Positions 13,811 to 25,790 of a stretch of DNA of 64,000 bases are shown here, piece by piece. A model generated the notes under the pieces. It saw nothing but the letters and a program-made list of their open reading frames with translations. It had not been told where the DNA came from and searched no databases. The position numbers were made by a program, and so were the translations under genes. The DNA is from the human T2T-CHM13v2.0 reference genome, Homo sapiens. How positions within the stretch are numbered: the first letter of the stretch is position 1; every line of letters begins with the position of its first letter. The DNA lies in NCBI RefSeq assembly GCF_009914755.1, contig NC_060940.1; one strand, given 5' to 3'.

Positions 13811-14404
13811 ATGGATGCAAAAGTAAAGCTTTATGTATTGAAAGAGAAGAGAGAACATGCGATATCTCCTGAGTAACAGGCTTAAAGGAATCTACATTGC
13901 AGACCATCAGAGACAATGCCATGAAAATAAAAGAAAAGTCTGTGGCTTCCAGTGCTGTGAAGTCAATAAGAACATGGCCTGAAGAGATAAAAGAAGTGGA
14001 AAGATTGTTAAGCATATGGATTGAAGACTAAAGAGAGAAAAAAATCAGGAACAATCTTTCTCATAATCAAAGAGAAAGTACTATCAATATATGAAGACCT
14101 TAAATGAAATCATCTAATCCTACAAAAGCGGCTCTTTTTAGTGTTAGTAGAGGCTGGTTTGAAGGTTTCAAACATTGCTACAATTTCCAAAGCTTTCAGC
14201 CGTTTGGTGAAGCCCTGAGTGCAGATGAGAAAGCCACGAAAGGAAATCTTCCTAGTGCTGATACCAGAAGTTAATTGAAGAAGGTATTCACTGGATTGAA
14301 TTTTCAGTTTTGACAAAATAGGTATCTATTAAAAATGCATTTCCCAAAGGACATATATCTCAAAGGCAGAGAAACATGCCTCAGGATTTAAGTCTGCAAA
14401 AGAT
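13811..14404 (+). pseudogene. Dead pogo/Tigger (CENP-B-like) transposase N-terminus
   Basis: Manual translation across stops and frameshifts: ERTCDIS*VTGLKESTLQTIRDN...EVERLLSIWIED*...IIKEKVLSIYEDLK...FSVSRGWFEGFK...GEALSADEKA...IFSFDKIGIY*KCISQRTYISKAEKHASGFKSAKD. This is two HTH domains plus the start of the DDE domain. Confidence 0.85.
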
Positions 14405-14458
14405 TTCAGATTTTGATAACCTTCCACTAATTCCAGTAAGTGACTAACTACAATCTAG

Positions 14459-14777
14459 TTTTCTTTTCTTTTTTAATATTTTTCTTCTATTTATTTTTAA
14501 TTGATAAATAAAAATTATGTATATTTATCTTGTACAACATGTTGTTTTGAAATATGTATACATTGTGGTTACTGGGGGCTGGGGGGCTGCAGTTTGGGGA
14601 CAAGGAGAAAGGATGCAAGTTTCAATTAGATAAGAGGAATAAGTTCAAGAGATCTGTTGTACAACATGGTGACTATAGCTGATAACGACATATTATATTC
14701 TTGAAAATTGCAAATGGAGTAGACTTTAAGTGTTCTTAACACACATACACACACACACACAAAATGATACGCATGTG
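14459..14777 (-). mobile_element. L1MA 3'-end fragment with 5' inversion
   Basis: T-rich tail and antisense 3' terminus (to ~14568), then sense 3' UTR (gaggaataagttcaagagatctgttgtacaacatggtgactatag). Degenerate TSD aactacaat...ttttcttt. Confidence 0.8.
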
Positions 14778-15104
14778 AACTACAATTTTCTTTCAACCCC
14801 TTCTGCCAATGGTTTATGCACCATTTAACATGTATACATAACCATGCAACCATTTTTAACTGGGTTCCTGTCAGTTTTGTATGCCACTCATGACATCTTT
14901 GAGCATTTTGCCCCTAATTCCAGCGCACGATTTTGCATGGCATAGTGACACTGAGGAACATATGTGTAGTAGTATATGTTTGTGTGCCTTCCATGTCGTT
15001 CTCTCTGCCTGGAACATGCTTTCCTTCTTATTTTTCTACTTGAGTCCTATTCTTTCTTCAGACTTACCTCTATTTCTCTAGAAAAGTGTAATATCTTTGG
15101 CTTA

Positions 15105-15480
15105 TTGTTCATAGAGTAGACTAAGACACAAGGATCTGGAGTGAATATAGTTTATTTGGGAGGTAATTCTGGGAAAAGCCTGGAGAAGGTAGAAGCCATT
15201 CCATGAAGGGAAGGAAGCCCATTTACAAGGAGCATTAGCAAGCAGCTTACTTCTGAGGCCCAAGTCTGCTGGGCCCTTTTGAGAGATGGGGTGGAAATAC
15301 ATTTTAGAGTTGTCTTACCTGGGGACAATAAAACTTGGATGTTCACCCTCCTACTCCCATTTGTCATTGTCTGAGGGTTGCTCCCAAGGATGTTTTTTCC
15401 CTGGCACTTCTGGTCTTCTCCATGTGTGGGCTGAGAGAAAGCCCTCAGATGGAAAGTCTCAGGTGTTTGCCGTAGAATGC
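15105..15480 (-). mobile_element. ERVL solo LTR, LTR33-like
   Basis: gacacaaggatctggagtgaatatagtttatttgggaggtaattc...gggaaggaagcccatttacaagg...ctgagagaaagccctcag. Confidence 0.75.
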
Positions 15481-15520
15481 TATTAGCATATAATGAAATG
15501 GTGAATGCCAATAGGATACG

Positions 15521-15522
<2 letters not shown>

Positions 15523-15563
<41 letters not shown>
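15523..15563. repeat. (GT)n microsatellite
   Basis: Read directly. Confidence 0.95.
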
Positions 15564-15566
<3 letters not shown>

Positions 15567-15677
15567 GGAGCAGACACCAGCACCTGCTACTCCTCTATTG
15601 ACTTCATTGCCAAGGAAAAATACTGCAGTTATACACTTCTTTGCAGCACTTACCACATTGGTCATTTTACATTTATT

Positions 15678-15884
15678 TATGATGTGCTGCAGTTAGCTGG
15701 CACTGGTTTGCAAAAGCCCATTGTTCTAAGAATTTATTAACATTATGTTGACAGCTTAGAATAGGCCTTGGTGGGAGTATTTAGATCATAGAAATTGGTA
15801 AACATCACAAACTGTTTCCTGCCCCCTAGTCTCCCGCCTGCTGCTGGAGAGCCAGCTGTTAACCTTTTGTAAGCACAGCTACTG
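15678..15884. mobile_element. MER63A-like hAT-Blackjack MITE
   Basis: tgatgtgctg...ggtgggagtatttagatcatagaaattggtaaac...ggagagccagctgttaa...gcacagctactg. Confidence 0.7.
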
Positions 15885-16142
15885 CGTGAGCCTGGTTTGC
15901 CTCACTAGGGCATGAACACCTTCTTCTGCTGGGCCTCTGAGGCCCAGAAGACTTGGGCCTCAGAAGTAAGCTGCTCGCTAATGCTCCCTGTAAATGGGCT
16001 TCCTTCCCTCCATGGAATGGCTTCTACCTTCTCCAGGTTTTTCCCAGAATTACCTCCCAAATAAACTATATTCACTCCAGATCCTTTGTAAGCACAGCTA
16101 CTGCATGAGCCTGGTTTGCCTCACTAGGGCATGAATACCTTC
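15866..16142. repeat. Local rearrangement: 58-bp direct duplication flanking a 146-bp inverted copy of 15130-15275
   Basis: 15941-16086 is the reverse complement of 15130-15275 (5 mismatches). 15866-15923 equals 16085-16142 (2 mismatches). Confidence 0.97.
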
Positions 16143-16877
16143 CTTTCCTCTTAGCCACACAGTAGCCTGGATTCCTCCTATGGCTGAACCGGCTGCCTGA
16201 CTGGATGAGGCAACTGAGAATGCTTGCCTGAATTGTGAAGAATGTCTGCCAAAAACCACATTATTAATCTTAGCAGAGTGGATACTGACCTCTTCTTGGC
16301 AGTAATTAGGACGCAGGAACTTTTGCAATTTGAGGCCACCATGTCGTCAGTGGTCAGCAGAGAGGAGGATATTTGTCATCTTAATTGCTCTGGGGAGAGG
16401 ACACTCATCCAGCACATCTTAATGCTGAATATTATTAACTCTAAGATCTCAGAGAAGAAAGAGGGCTATAAATGTTTGAGACAGAACTTACACCTCTAAA
16501 GAACATGCTTACTCTTGTTTCTAAAGTGTTATTATACAGACTTTGCTAAACCAAATAAAATCACAGAGATGGAACTTTATAACCGATTAAGTTCCTTATG
16601 ATTCTAAATATCTGTGATATACTGCCAATAGCTTCCACTATCTTTTAAAAGTGTAATGTTAAGATATATTACTTAGGCTGAAACTTCAGCAACAGTAATG
16701 AAAATCCCCAAAATAATAAGCTATATGTCAGTGAATACTTCAGGAAAATAAAATAACCTCCAAAGAAAAGGATCTGAGGTATATGACTGGCTATAGTTTG
16801 ATATACCTGCACACTTCCGGAAACAAGTTTCACTGGGTCAAATTGACTCTCCAAGTGTCTGATGCTCATATTCATAC

Positions 16878-17187
16878 TTTATTTATTTTTATTTTTATTT
16901 TTTTGAGACGGAGTCTCGCTTTGTTGCCCTGGCTGGAGTGCAGTGACATGATCTCGGCTCACTGCAACCTCCGCCTCCCCAGTTCAAGCGATTCTCCTGT
17001 CTCAGCCTCCTAAGTAGCTGGGATTACAGGCACGTAACAACACACCTGGCTAATTCTTTTTGTGTTCTTAGTAGAGATGGGGTTTCATCATGTTGGCCAG
17101 GCTGGTCTTGAACTCCTGACCTCGTGATCTGCCCACCTCCGCCTCCCAACGTGCTGGGATTACAGGCTTGAGCCACCGCGCCAGGCT
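16878..17187 (-). mobile_element. AluS (Sg-like)
   Basis: Full-length antisense Alu with cctgacctcgtgatc; TSD core tcatacttta at 16872 and 17191. Confidence 0.95.
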
Positions 17188-18315
17188 CAGTCATACTTTA
17201 GAGATAAAAGGAACTTGCTATAAAACAGGTAGGTTTCTAACTCCAGTGACCAGCCAAGAGGCAATTAGTTTTGACATGGAAGATATTCCTAGTGTGCAGT
17301 CTTTTGTGATATTGAGAGAAATCTGGAGCAATCAGACTCATAGAAGAGAGTACAGATATTTACATTTTGGGGTTTGTGAGCTTGTCTATGTGTGTGCATG
17401 CAAGGATGGAGGATGGGACTATATATAAGTAGCATTTACATTTTTTTCTGTTATTTAAAATGAAATCCTTGCTTTGACTCTAAACATAAACAGCAACTTT
17501 ACATCAATCCTAGAAATCCCTGAAAAACGTCTCTACTTGGAATATTGCAGACATGTAGGTATTAGGTATTTGGTTTCAACCATGCAAATCTCACATCTGG
17601 GTAATAGAAAATGTTTATCTATTCAAGTATCCTTATCTGATTCAAATAACTGCTGGTGGTCCTCATGTCTGCAATTCAATGGACCAAGAACTCCCAACTG
17701 TTTCTTTTATGTAAATGATCAAAGCTGCACTAGGATAGCCACAATTAGGTTGAACAGAATAAGACATTCCTATTTCTTCCTTGAAATCAAGATCAGAATA
17801 GAAAACAATCCATGCATGTTTACTTTTAATTTCTTTTTAATCAGCTTCATTTTAATCAGAAAATTATATCTAGAAAAAACTCATTGAATGGTATCTAGAA
17901 GAAATGACATGAACACTTAATATTGTGTTGACGTATCTTTTAATGTAACATTTCAGCATGAATTTATGCTAGACCAGTGAAATATTTTTAAGAAGATGAG
18001 ATTTAAAGTGCAAAGAAATAAGGAACTTTCTAATCTACATCTTGCAAAGAATTAGCCTCAGGACTTATATTTCTATAAACTTTCAACACTTTAAAGCCTC
18101 ATTTTCCTATACAAATAATGTACAGCAAATACAAATACAAAGAATTTAAAAATTTTCATAATATAAAACATTTTTCAGGCATGATATCAAGTTACTTTTA
18201 ACCAACCCTTTTCAATGTATACAGCCTGTGTTGGTTTCACTTGTTTCTCCAGGAACCCATTCATCTAACAATCATTGGTCACCTAGTGTGTATCAGCCCA
18301 TGCTAACTAAACATC

Positions 18316-18939
18316 TGTAAATGAAAAGAGTCCAACTCTGTAGAATATTTGAAGAAATTTATTCTGAGCCAGATATGAGTGTCCGTGGACCATGACACAC
18401 TGCTCAGGAGACCCTGAGAACATGTGCCCAATATGGTTGGAGTGAAGCTTGGTTTTATACCTTTTAGGGAGACAAGAGGCGTCAATCAAATACATTTAAG
18501 ATGTACCTTGGTTGGGTTCAGAAAGGTGGGACACCTCAAAAAGATGGTGGTGGGGGGCTTCCACGTTATAGGTAGATTTAAAAGTTTCCTGATTGGCAAT
18601 TGATTGAAAGGGTTATTATCAATAGAAAGGAATGCCTGGTTTAGGATGAGAGGTTGTGGAGACCGAGGTTTTGTCATGGAGTTGAAGCCTCGGGGTAGCA
18701 GGCTTCAGAGAGAATAGATGTAAATGTTTCTTGTCAGACGTAAGGTCTGTGTTGATGTTAAATGCTGGTTGGATTTTCCTGAATTTCAAAATGGAGGAGG
18801 GCATCATGAGGCTTGTCCAACCCCCTCTTCCCATCATGGTCTGAACAAGTCTTGAAGGTTAAATTTAAAGTGCCCTGGCCAAGGAGGAGGTCCATTCAAA
18901 TGGTCACAGGGAGCCTTCGAATTTTATTTTTGGTTTACA
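18316..18939 (-). mobile_element. ERV1 solo LTR, MER4 family
   Basis: Reverse complement starts tgtaaaccaaaaataaaattc; contains gagaccctgagaacatgtgccca. 4-bp TSD catc/cgtc. Confidence 0.9.
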
Positions 18940-19089
18940 CGTCATTCAAACTTCTCAGAGGATTTACAAGAGATTTCCAACACAAGTCAGCTTCTTTTTG
19001 CTTTGAATTCATCATCTGCGCTATGCATATTAAATTTCATAATTTTAAATTGTAACATAATACACTCAAAAGTATGCATTAAAACATTG

Positions 19090-20010
19090 CATTATAGTGG
19101 CAAAATCATGGACAGTAGAATCAGATCATCTGGGTTTAAATTCTAGCTCTGTCTCTTACTATCGCTATAACATGTGTTTCAGTTTTCTTTTTGTTACTGG
19201 TAGAAGAGATCCAAGTTACTGGTGGCAAATCCATACAAGTTTGCAGCAATCCCAATTCTCACCTCCTCAGAAGAAAGAATTCGACTGAGGGGCATAAGGC
19301 AGAAAAAGAGACTGAGGCAAGTTTCAGAGCAGGAGTGGAAGTTTATTAAAAAGCTTTAGAGCAGGAAATAATGGAAAGTGCACTTGGAAGAGATCCAAGT
19401 GGGTGATTTGAAGAACAAGTACAGTGTTTATCCTTGATCCTGGGACTATATAGGCTGGCCCACCTCTGGTGTCTTGTGCCCCTTATCCCATGACTCTTCC
19501 TTTAGGGTGGGCTGCCCACATGCACTGTGCCCTCCTTACCCTTGGGAAGTGAGCATGCCCAGTGTGTTTAGGAGGTTGTACGCATGCCCATCTGAAGCTT
19601 TCTTCCCTTTTCTGGTGGTGTGCCCCTGGAAGGTCATACTCCACCATTTTGTGTCTTAATGCGTACACCCAGGATCACTCGCCCAATACCTGAGATTTTA
19701 TTGGAAACCCTTTTTGCTTCTTCCTAGTGCCTGCATCCAATTAACACTTCAATGCAACAGGTGTGGACCCTCAGGAAATGGCCTCTCCCTGGCACTGGCT
19801 GCCAAATTATCATTTTTAGAGGGGCAATGTGATTATTGTCAAACCATCACCTAACATTCCTATTGGGTGGGGGAGAGCCCTCTCCTGCCCTGCTCATGCC
19901 TAACTACCTGTAACATTTCCTGTAAAATAAGGATTTTAATAATAAATATTAAATGCAATGACTGTCTGTACTTATACTATTAGAATAGTTCCTAGCATGT
20001 GGCAATTATA
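19090..20010 (+). mobile_element. MIR split by the MER50 LTR
   Basis: ctgggtttaaattctagctctg...tttcagttttc | LTR | ctgtaaaataagg...tagaatagttcctagcatgtgg. Confidence 0.65.
19192..19915 (-). mobile_element. ERV1 solo LTR, MER50-like
   Basis: TGTTAC...GTAACA termini, 724 bp; reverse complement begins tgttacaggtagttaggcatgagcagggcaggagagggctctcccc. Confidence 0.85.
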
Positions 20011-21042
20011 TAATTACTAATAATTTACAAATGTACAATGTTTACGGGGTGCCACACACTGATTTGTGTTACTAACTAGAGAGGACAATTTCTAAAGCAA
20101 ATAAAAATCTGACATTCTAATAGGGAGACACATCCACCCCTAAATAGCTGTTTCACAAAACATAAACAATATAGCAGGCGAACATGTTCATATGTGGCAG
20201 AAGTCAGAGAAAGAAGCAAAATTTAAGCTGAGATCCAAAATACAATTCCTATTTCTATAAGCAAAGAGGAAGGAAGTTTGTTGTAAGCCCAAGAAACATG
20301 TTCTAATTCGAAGAGGAATCCAAATACATGACAGAACTGTGTGTTTTACAGAAAATTAAAACACATTTATAATGTTATAATGTATGTTTTGTGTGTAGGT
20401 GGTATCTTTATATTTAGAGATGATTGCTTCGGTGATAGAATAAAATATTTTGTAGTGCTGTAGAAAAAACACTGGCTTGAGGATGTAAAGCCTAGATTTT
20501 CTTTGCATCAGCTAACTGTGAGACTTGGAAAAATTTCCCAAAGGGCTAAATGCCCTCTAATGTCCTTTTACCTCCCCAGTTCTGCTTTCTCTTTTTAAAC
20601 ACTTTTTGAGTTAAGTTTGCAGTTCAGTGCAAACACTTGACAACTTCTATGCAAAATGAGTTTTCAGATCTGTAAATACAATCTAGTGTGGATGCCAGGG
20701 AGAAAGAAAAAATGGATTTTGATGCTTGCTTTGTTAATTCACTAGGGTTTTTATATGACAGGCAATGATGAAGAAAACCACTGTTTAGTTTGAGTATTTA
20801 TTGATAAATTGATAACAATAACATATATCAATTTTAATAATTGGTTAATGGCTAGTTTTTTCCCCCCAGACTATAGTCTTATTTTAATTCTCATGGTTAC
20901 TGAATTGGTTCACTAAATTAATAAGATATTTCTTCTACTGTGACCAAGATTTCTCTTATTAGAATCACACCAGGGAGGAAAATGTATGGACCATAAACTC
21001 CTCGAGGCCATGCATTGCAGAAGCTTCAGACTCACATTCCTG

Positions 21043-21712
21043 TGAAGTGGCATTGTTGTCTGGGATAAATACCCAAGGGTCATTGTCTCACGGCCATGGA
21101 AAACTAGGACATGGACACGCAAAGAGTGAATTTCAGAGCAGAAGTTTAATAGGTGAAAGAAAGAGAAGAGCTCTCTCTGCCGCACAGAAAGGGGTCCTGG
21201 AGAAATGGGTTGCTGCTTCTGTGGTGAAATGCAGAAGGTTTTATAGATGAGCTTGAGGAGTCAGTGTCTGATTTACATAGGGTATGAAAGATTGGTTGGA
21301 CCCGGTGATCTATTTGCATAAGGTGTGAAAAACTGGTTAGGACTAGGTATGCCATTTTCATGGCAAGAAAAAAAAAAAAAGGCCACCGCACCCTAATCTT
21401 TTATTATGCAAATTATTCTCTACCTGTCCCACTGCCATGTTACCTGGTTCAATACTGTACACGTGGTGACAAAGAAAAGGGAAGACGGAGCCTTCATGTT
21501 GAACATAACTGGTTTCCAGGTAGCCATTTTCTATTGGCACAGCTGCCGGCATTCACCCGTGCAAGCTTCCAGCTTGCTTTTCTATGTCTGCAGCTCGATT
21601 TTTCAGGCTCCTCTTTGTTAGAAAAGAAATGATTTGGGGGCTGCTTTTTGATAAAAGGGAAATTCTGCCGAGGACTCTTTTACTCTATATGCCTAAATAA
21701 TTTCCTGTATCA
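21043..21712 (-). mobile_element. ERV1 solo LTR, LTR9B-like
   Basis: Reverse complement tgatacaggaaattatttaggca...gagtcctcggcag...aaaagcagcccccaaatcatttcttttctaacaaagag. TSD cctg/ccta. Confidence 0.8.
21398..21413 (+). promoter_or_regulatory. Candidate SOX-OCT composite site in the LTR9B-like LTR
   Basis: cttttattATGCAAAT; a second perfect octamer ATTTGCAT lies at 21312-21319. Motif evidence only. Confidence 0.5.
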
Positions 21713-22699
21713 CCTATAAACTTAGCAAGCTCTGAGGAGGAATATTCTCTTTCCTAAATGTTCTAGCAAAAGTCCCAGAATTGAATCTTCTTGGCTCTCA
21801 GTGGCCTTCCATGTGTCAAGTGTCTATCCTGAATTATCTATGGCAAGAAGACATAAGGCTCTGATTATGTTGGCTTTTTATCATAAGACTGCCCCTGGGG
21901 CTGGCAATGAGTCAGTATCCATGAACCATGTGCGCTAAGATCAAGGAAGGGTGGTTCCCAAATCAAATCTGGGTAGAGTGACCCAAGGCAGTGAAAGAAG
22001 ATGCTGGTTGGCAAAAAGCAACAAACAGCCCTGCAGACAAGGTCGAGCTAGACACCTGGCTCCACGAAGGAACCACCTTCCATCTATGAGTCATAAAATC
22101 ATGATGGAAGCCATCAATAACTTGACGTTTTCTTTTCACTCAGTTGTCTCATTTTAGAGCTCTCTTTCATGAGGAAGTTGAAGAATTATTATGCCCATTA
22201 GTATCTGAAATGATGTAATGGCACTCTATCTGTCAAATTGCTTAAAATTATTTGTATTAAGGGCACAGAATGTGTCCCTAGCCTTTGCTCAAATAACATT
22301 TGCCTTCTTATTTAAAGATAATATATCTTCTAAACAGAGGATAAAAGGAGAGTAAAACAAAATCTAGAGGCATATTCTAGGCAGGCCAGAGAAATTAGAC
22401 ACTGTAAAAGTTAGGTTTAGAAATTAATCATTATTGATAGCTCTTTTAGATTAATTCAGCTAAAATGTTTAATATTAGGTTATATCGCTTTTAGTTATTT
22501 TTCTTCCTCAAATACTATGTTTAACAAAAAAAGAATTATATCCAGGTCCCAAACACATTCTACTAAAATATAGGCAGAGTCTGAGCTACAACAGGTACTA
22601 CTCTTATTGAAAAGGATGAAAAAATTCAGTTTACTACATAGTCATATTTTAATTTTTTAAAGTTTTACAGAGCAGATAAATTTTGTCTCTGGAATATAT

Positions 22700-22905
22700 A
22701 AGACCTTGATATGTATCCTCTTTCTGCAACTTATGAGCTGTGTGACTTTGGGCAATTCACTTTAATCTCTTTAAGCCTCTGTTTTCTAATGAATAAAATG
22801 AGGAAGGAATATAGTGCCTCCCTAAAGGAGTTATTGTAAGGATTAAATGGCATAGGCTATTTAAGGCACGGAGTATGCTATCTTGCTCAATTACCATTAT
22901 TTTTA
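22700..22905 (+). mobile_element. MIR
   Basis: agctgtgtgactttgggcaattcactttaatctctttaagcctctgttttc...gtaaggattaaatg. Confidence 0.85.
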
Positions 22906-23760
22906 TTTTTGTGGTAGCTATTATACAGGCATACTATTGTTTATGCAATCATTCTGTTATGGCTAAAAATTTGATTTGTCTTAAAGATTTCTGAATAACC
23001 CTGAAATGTGCATTTTTGTATATAAAGTATTCTTGGTAATTTGGCATATTTCTTTAGAATAAAATCCTCAATAGGTGCTCCCAGGTCAAGCACTTGTAGA
23101 GTTACAACAATATTCTGAAATTCCATTCTGGTGCTCCTGACCAAGAGTGACTGGGTTTACTTGTGGACTGGAGCTTCTTATTGCATTGCAAATAGCCACA
23201 GGAACGTGGCTTGTTTTCTGTGCAGTGACCCACACTCAGTGGTCTATTTTCCTGGTTGCTGGCCTTTAAAAAGGCGAACTAACAAGCTGTTAGATTGCTG
23301 CCCTTTGAAAGGGCAAATCCCAGACTGCGTTCCCAGACCAGAATTGCTTATTTGTTCTAGCCTGACATTTTTGTTCTGCACATGCTAGAAGGTCTTCAGG
23401 TTGGTCCTGGTGTTTGTCCCTGAAAGCTGTAAGGGTTATGGGTAACAGGGAACAAATAAAAACGCGGCATAAAAGCACCTATCTGATAATGTTGCTTTCC
23501 CCCCAGTTAACTCATTGGTTGTGTCTCTGGATTTGTGGCCATGTTTGTTGTCCTTAAGGAAATAATCTTAAAGAGAGGAAGAGAGAAACATCTCTCTGTT
23601 TCTCTCTCTACCTACCTATATATTTATCAATCATCATCATCTATGTAGCTATGATAGATAGAAGGACTTAAAGTAATTTTATAAAGAAACAGAATTTAAA
23701 AGAATTAAGAGAGAGATTTTCCATGCACTGAATCGGAATAAGGCAGTATACAAGCTGACC

Positions 23761-23871
23761 TAGGGTGATCAACTATACCAGTTTACCCAGGACTGGGGGA
23801 TTTTCTGGGTTAGGACTTTCAGTGCTAAAACTGGGAGAATCTCAGGGAAACTGGTGTGGTTGGTGAACTTA
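23761..23871. mobile_element. MER81-like hAT-Blackjack MITE
   Basis: tagggtgatcaact...ggactttcagtgctaaaactggga...ggttggtgaactta; ~110 bp with degenerate TIRs. Confidence 0.8.
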
Positions 23872-24108
23872 GGGGAGATTTTAAGCCAGAATAAAACCAT
23901 CTTACTGGTCAATACTCTTAATAAAAGCCCCCTTTGCATAGTGTGTTTTAGACTAAATTTCTGCCCCTTGGTGTGAGAAGAATTATAATTAACACACCTT
24001 GCTCCCCCTCTTCAATGCCTGAGACAACCCTGCTTGCATCAGGTTGTGGTAGGGACTGAAACATCTCTGTAAAACACATCTTCCTAAAATTGCTTCAGTC
24101 CAGTTTAG

Positions 24109-24428
<320 letters not shown>

Positions 24429-24708
24429 AGTCACAGCTTGTTTTACTTCCTGTCTTCTGTGGAGTCAGGAAAACTTGACTGGCTAAGATTGTTTAGAGCT
24501 TTCCTTCTAAGTCACTCAAGAGGAGGAACAGGATATTTTGCAGGAAACGTCTCATTAAAATGATAGTGGTAGGGACATGGGCATGTGGTCCTTTCATTTT
24601 TTATTCTTCTTGTGCTTTACCTTTAACATCAACATTTGTCCCAGATTCACTTCCTGTGATAGCTGTTGTCTTCCAATTACCTGTGAAGAATATAAGCATT
24701 TTACTACT

Positions 24709-25258
24709 TGTGATGGTTAATACTGAGTGTCAACTTGATTGGATTGAAGGATGTGAAGCATTGTTCCTGGGTGTGTCTGTGAGGGTGCTGCCAAAGGAGA
24801 TTAACATTTGAGTCAGTAGACTGGGAGAGGCAGGCCCACCCTCAGTGTGGGTGGCACCATCTAATCAACTGCCAGTACAGCTAGAATAAAGCAGACAGAA
24901 GAAGGTGGGAGAAGCCAACTTGCTGAGTCTTCTAGCCTTCATCTTCCTCCCTTGTTGGATGCTTTCTGCCCTTGAACATCAGAGTCCAAGTTCTTCAGCT
25001 TTGGGGGTCTTGGACCTACACCAGTGGTTTGCCAGGGGCTCTCACACCTTTGGCCACAGACTGAAGGCTGCACTGTCAGCTTCCCTACTTTTGAGGTTTT
25101 GGGACCCTGACTGACTTCCTTGCTCTTCAGCTTTTGCAGACGACCTATTATGGGACTTCTCCTTGTGATCATGTGTGTCAATACTCTTTAATAAACTCCC
25201 CTTCACATATACATCTATCCTATTAGTTCTGTCCCTTTAGAGAACCCTGACTAATACA
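24709..25258 (+). mobile_element. HERV-L solo LTR, MLT2A (A2-like)
   Basis: tgtgatggttaatactgagtgtcaacttgattggattgaagg...ctattagttctgtccctttagagaaccctgactaataca; 550 bp; TSD ctact/ctcct. Confidence 0.93.
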
Positions 25259-25339
25259 CTCCTCCTCCTCCTCCTAATTATTACTAACATAATTATTATC
25301 ACTTGTTATCATTATAATCTTTCTTTTCATCATTATAAA

Positions 25340-25540
25340 GAGCCAACATTTACCAAGCAAATACTGGTGTAGGGACTTTATATATTTCACCAAGAATTTC
25401 ACCATGAATTCTATGAATTAGGCAAGATTATCCTTGTTTCACACATGGAAAAGCAAAAGCTCAAGAGTTTAGGTGACAATATTTTAGAATGAGGAACATG
25501 GAGGTTTGGTACGTTGGGTGAACTCAGGTCCAAATCCTGG
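25340..25540 (-). mobile_element. MIR
   Basis: gccaacatttaccaagc...attatccttgtttcacacatggaaaagcaaaagctcaagagtttaggtgac. Confidence 0.6.
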
Positions 25541-25635
25541 CCATTTTCCCTTGGCAAAGATCTTGCAGTCGTGAAGGATGCAATAGTCCTCTGTAAGGAA
25601 GATTCCACTCAATGCTCCTGGAAGTGGCACATGAA

Positions 25636-25790
25636 GCTGTGCTTCTCAAGCTTCTACATACATTAAAATTGCATGGGGACCTTGGGAAAAGGCAGATTCT
25701 GATTTAGTAGGTTTGGTGGCAGGCCTGAAATTCCGCATTTCTAACCAGCTCCCAGGTGATGCAGATACTGTGGTTCTGCAGATGACCAGC
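25636..25790. mobile_element. MER5A hAT-Charlie MITE
   Basis: gtgcttctcaagc...cagattctgatttagtaggt...gcatttctaaccagctcccaggtgatgc. Confidence 0.85.

Larger units (their letters stand above)
20935..22030 (-). mobile_element. Old MaLR LTR (MLT1J/K-like), split by an LTR9-like element
   Basis: cagactcacattcctg | LTR | taaacttagcaagc...ctagcaaaagtcccagaattgaatct...gggtggttccca...gatgctggttggcaaaaa. Confidence 0.65.

Noticed and set aside
15152-15696. ORFs with HT/VC dipeptide runs
   Set aside because: Produced by the (GT)n microsatellite and the LTR33 relic.
17474-17887. 137-aa ORF in unique AT-rich DNA
   Set aside because: Non-ATG start, no recognisable domain, no convincing splice boundaries; expected by chance.
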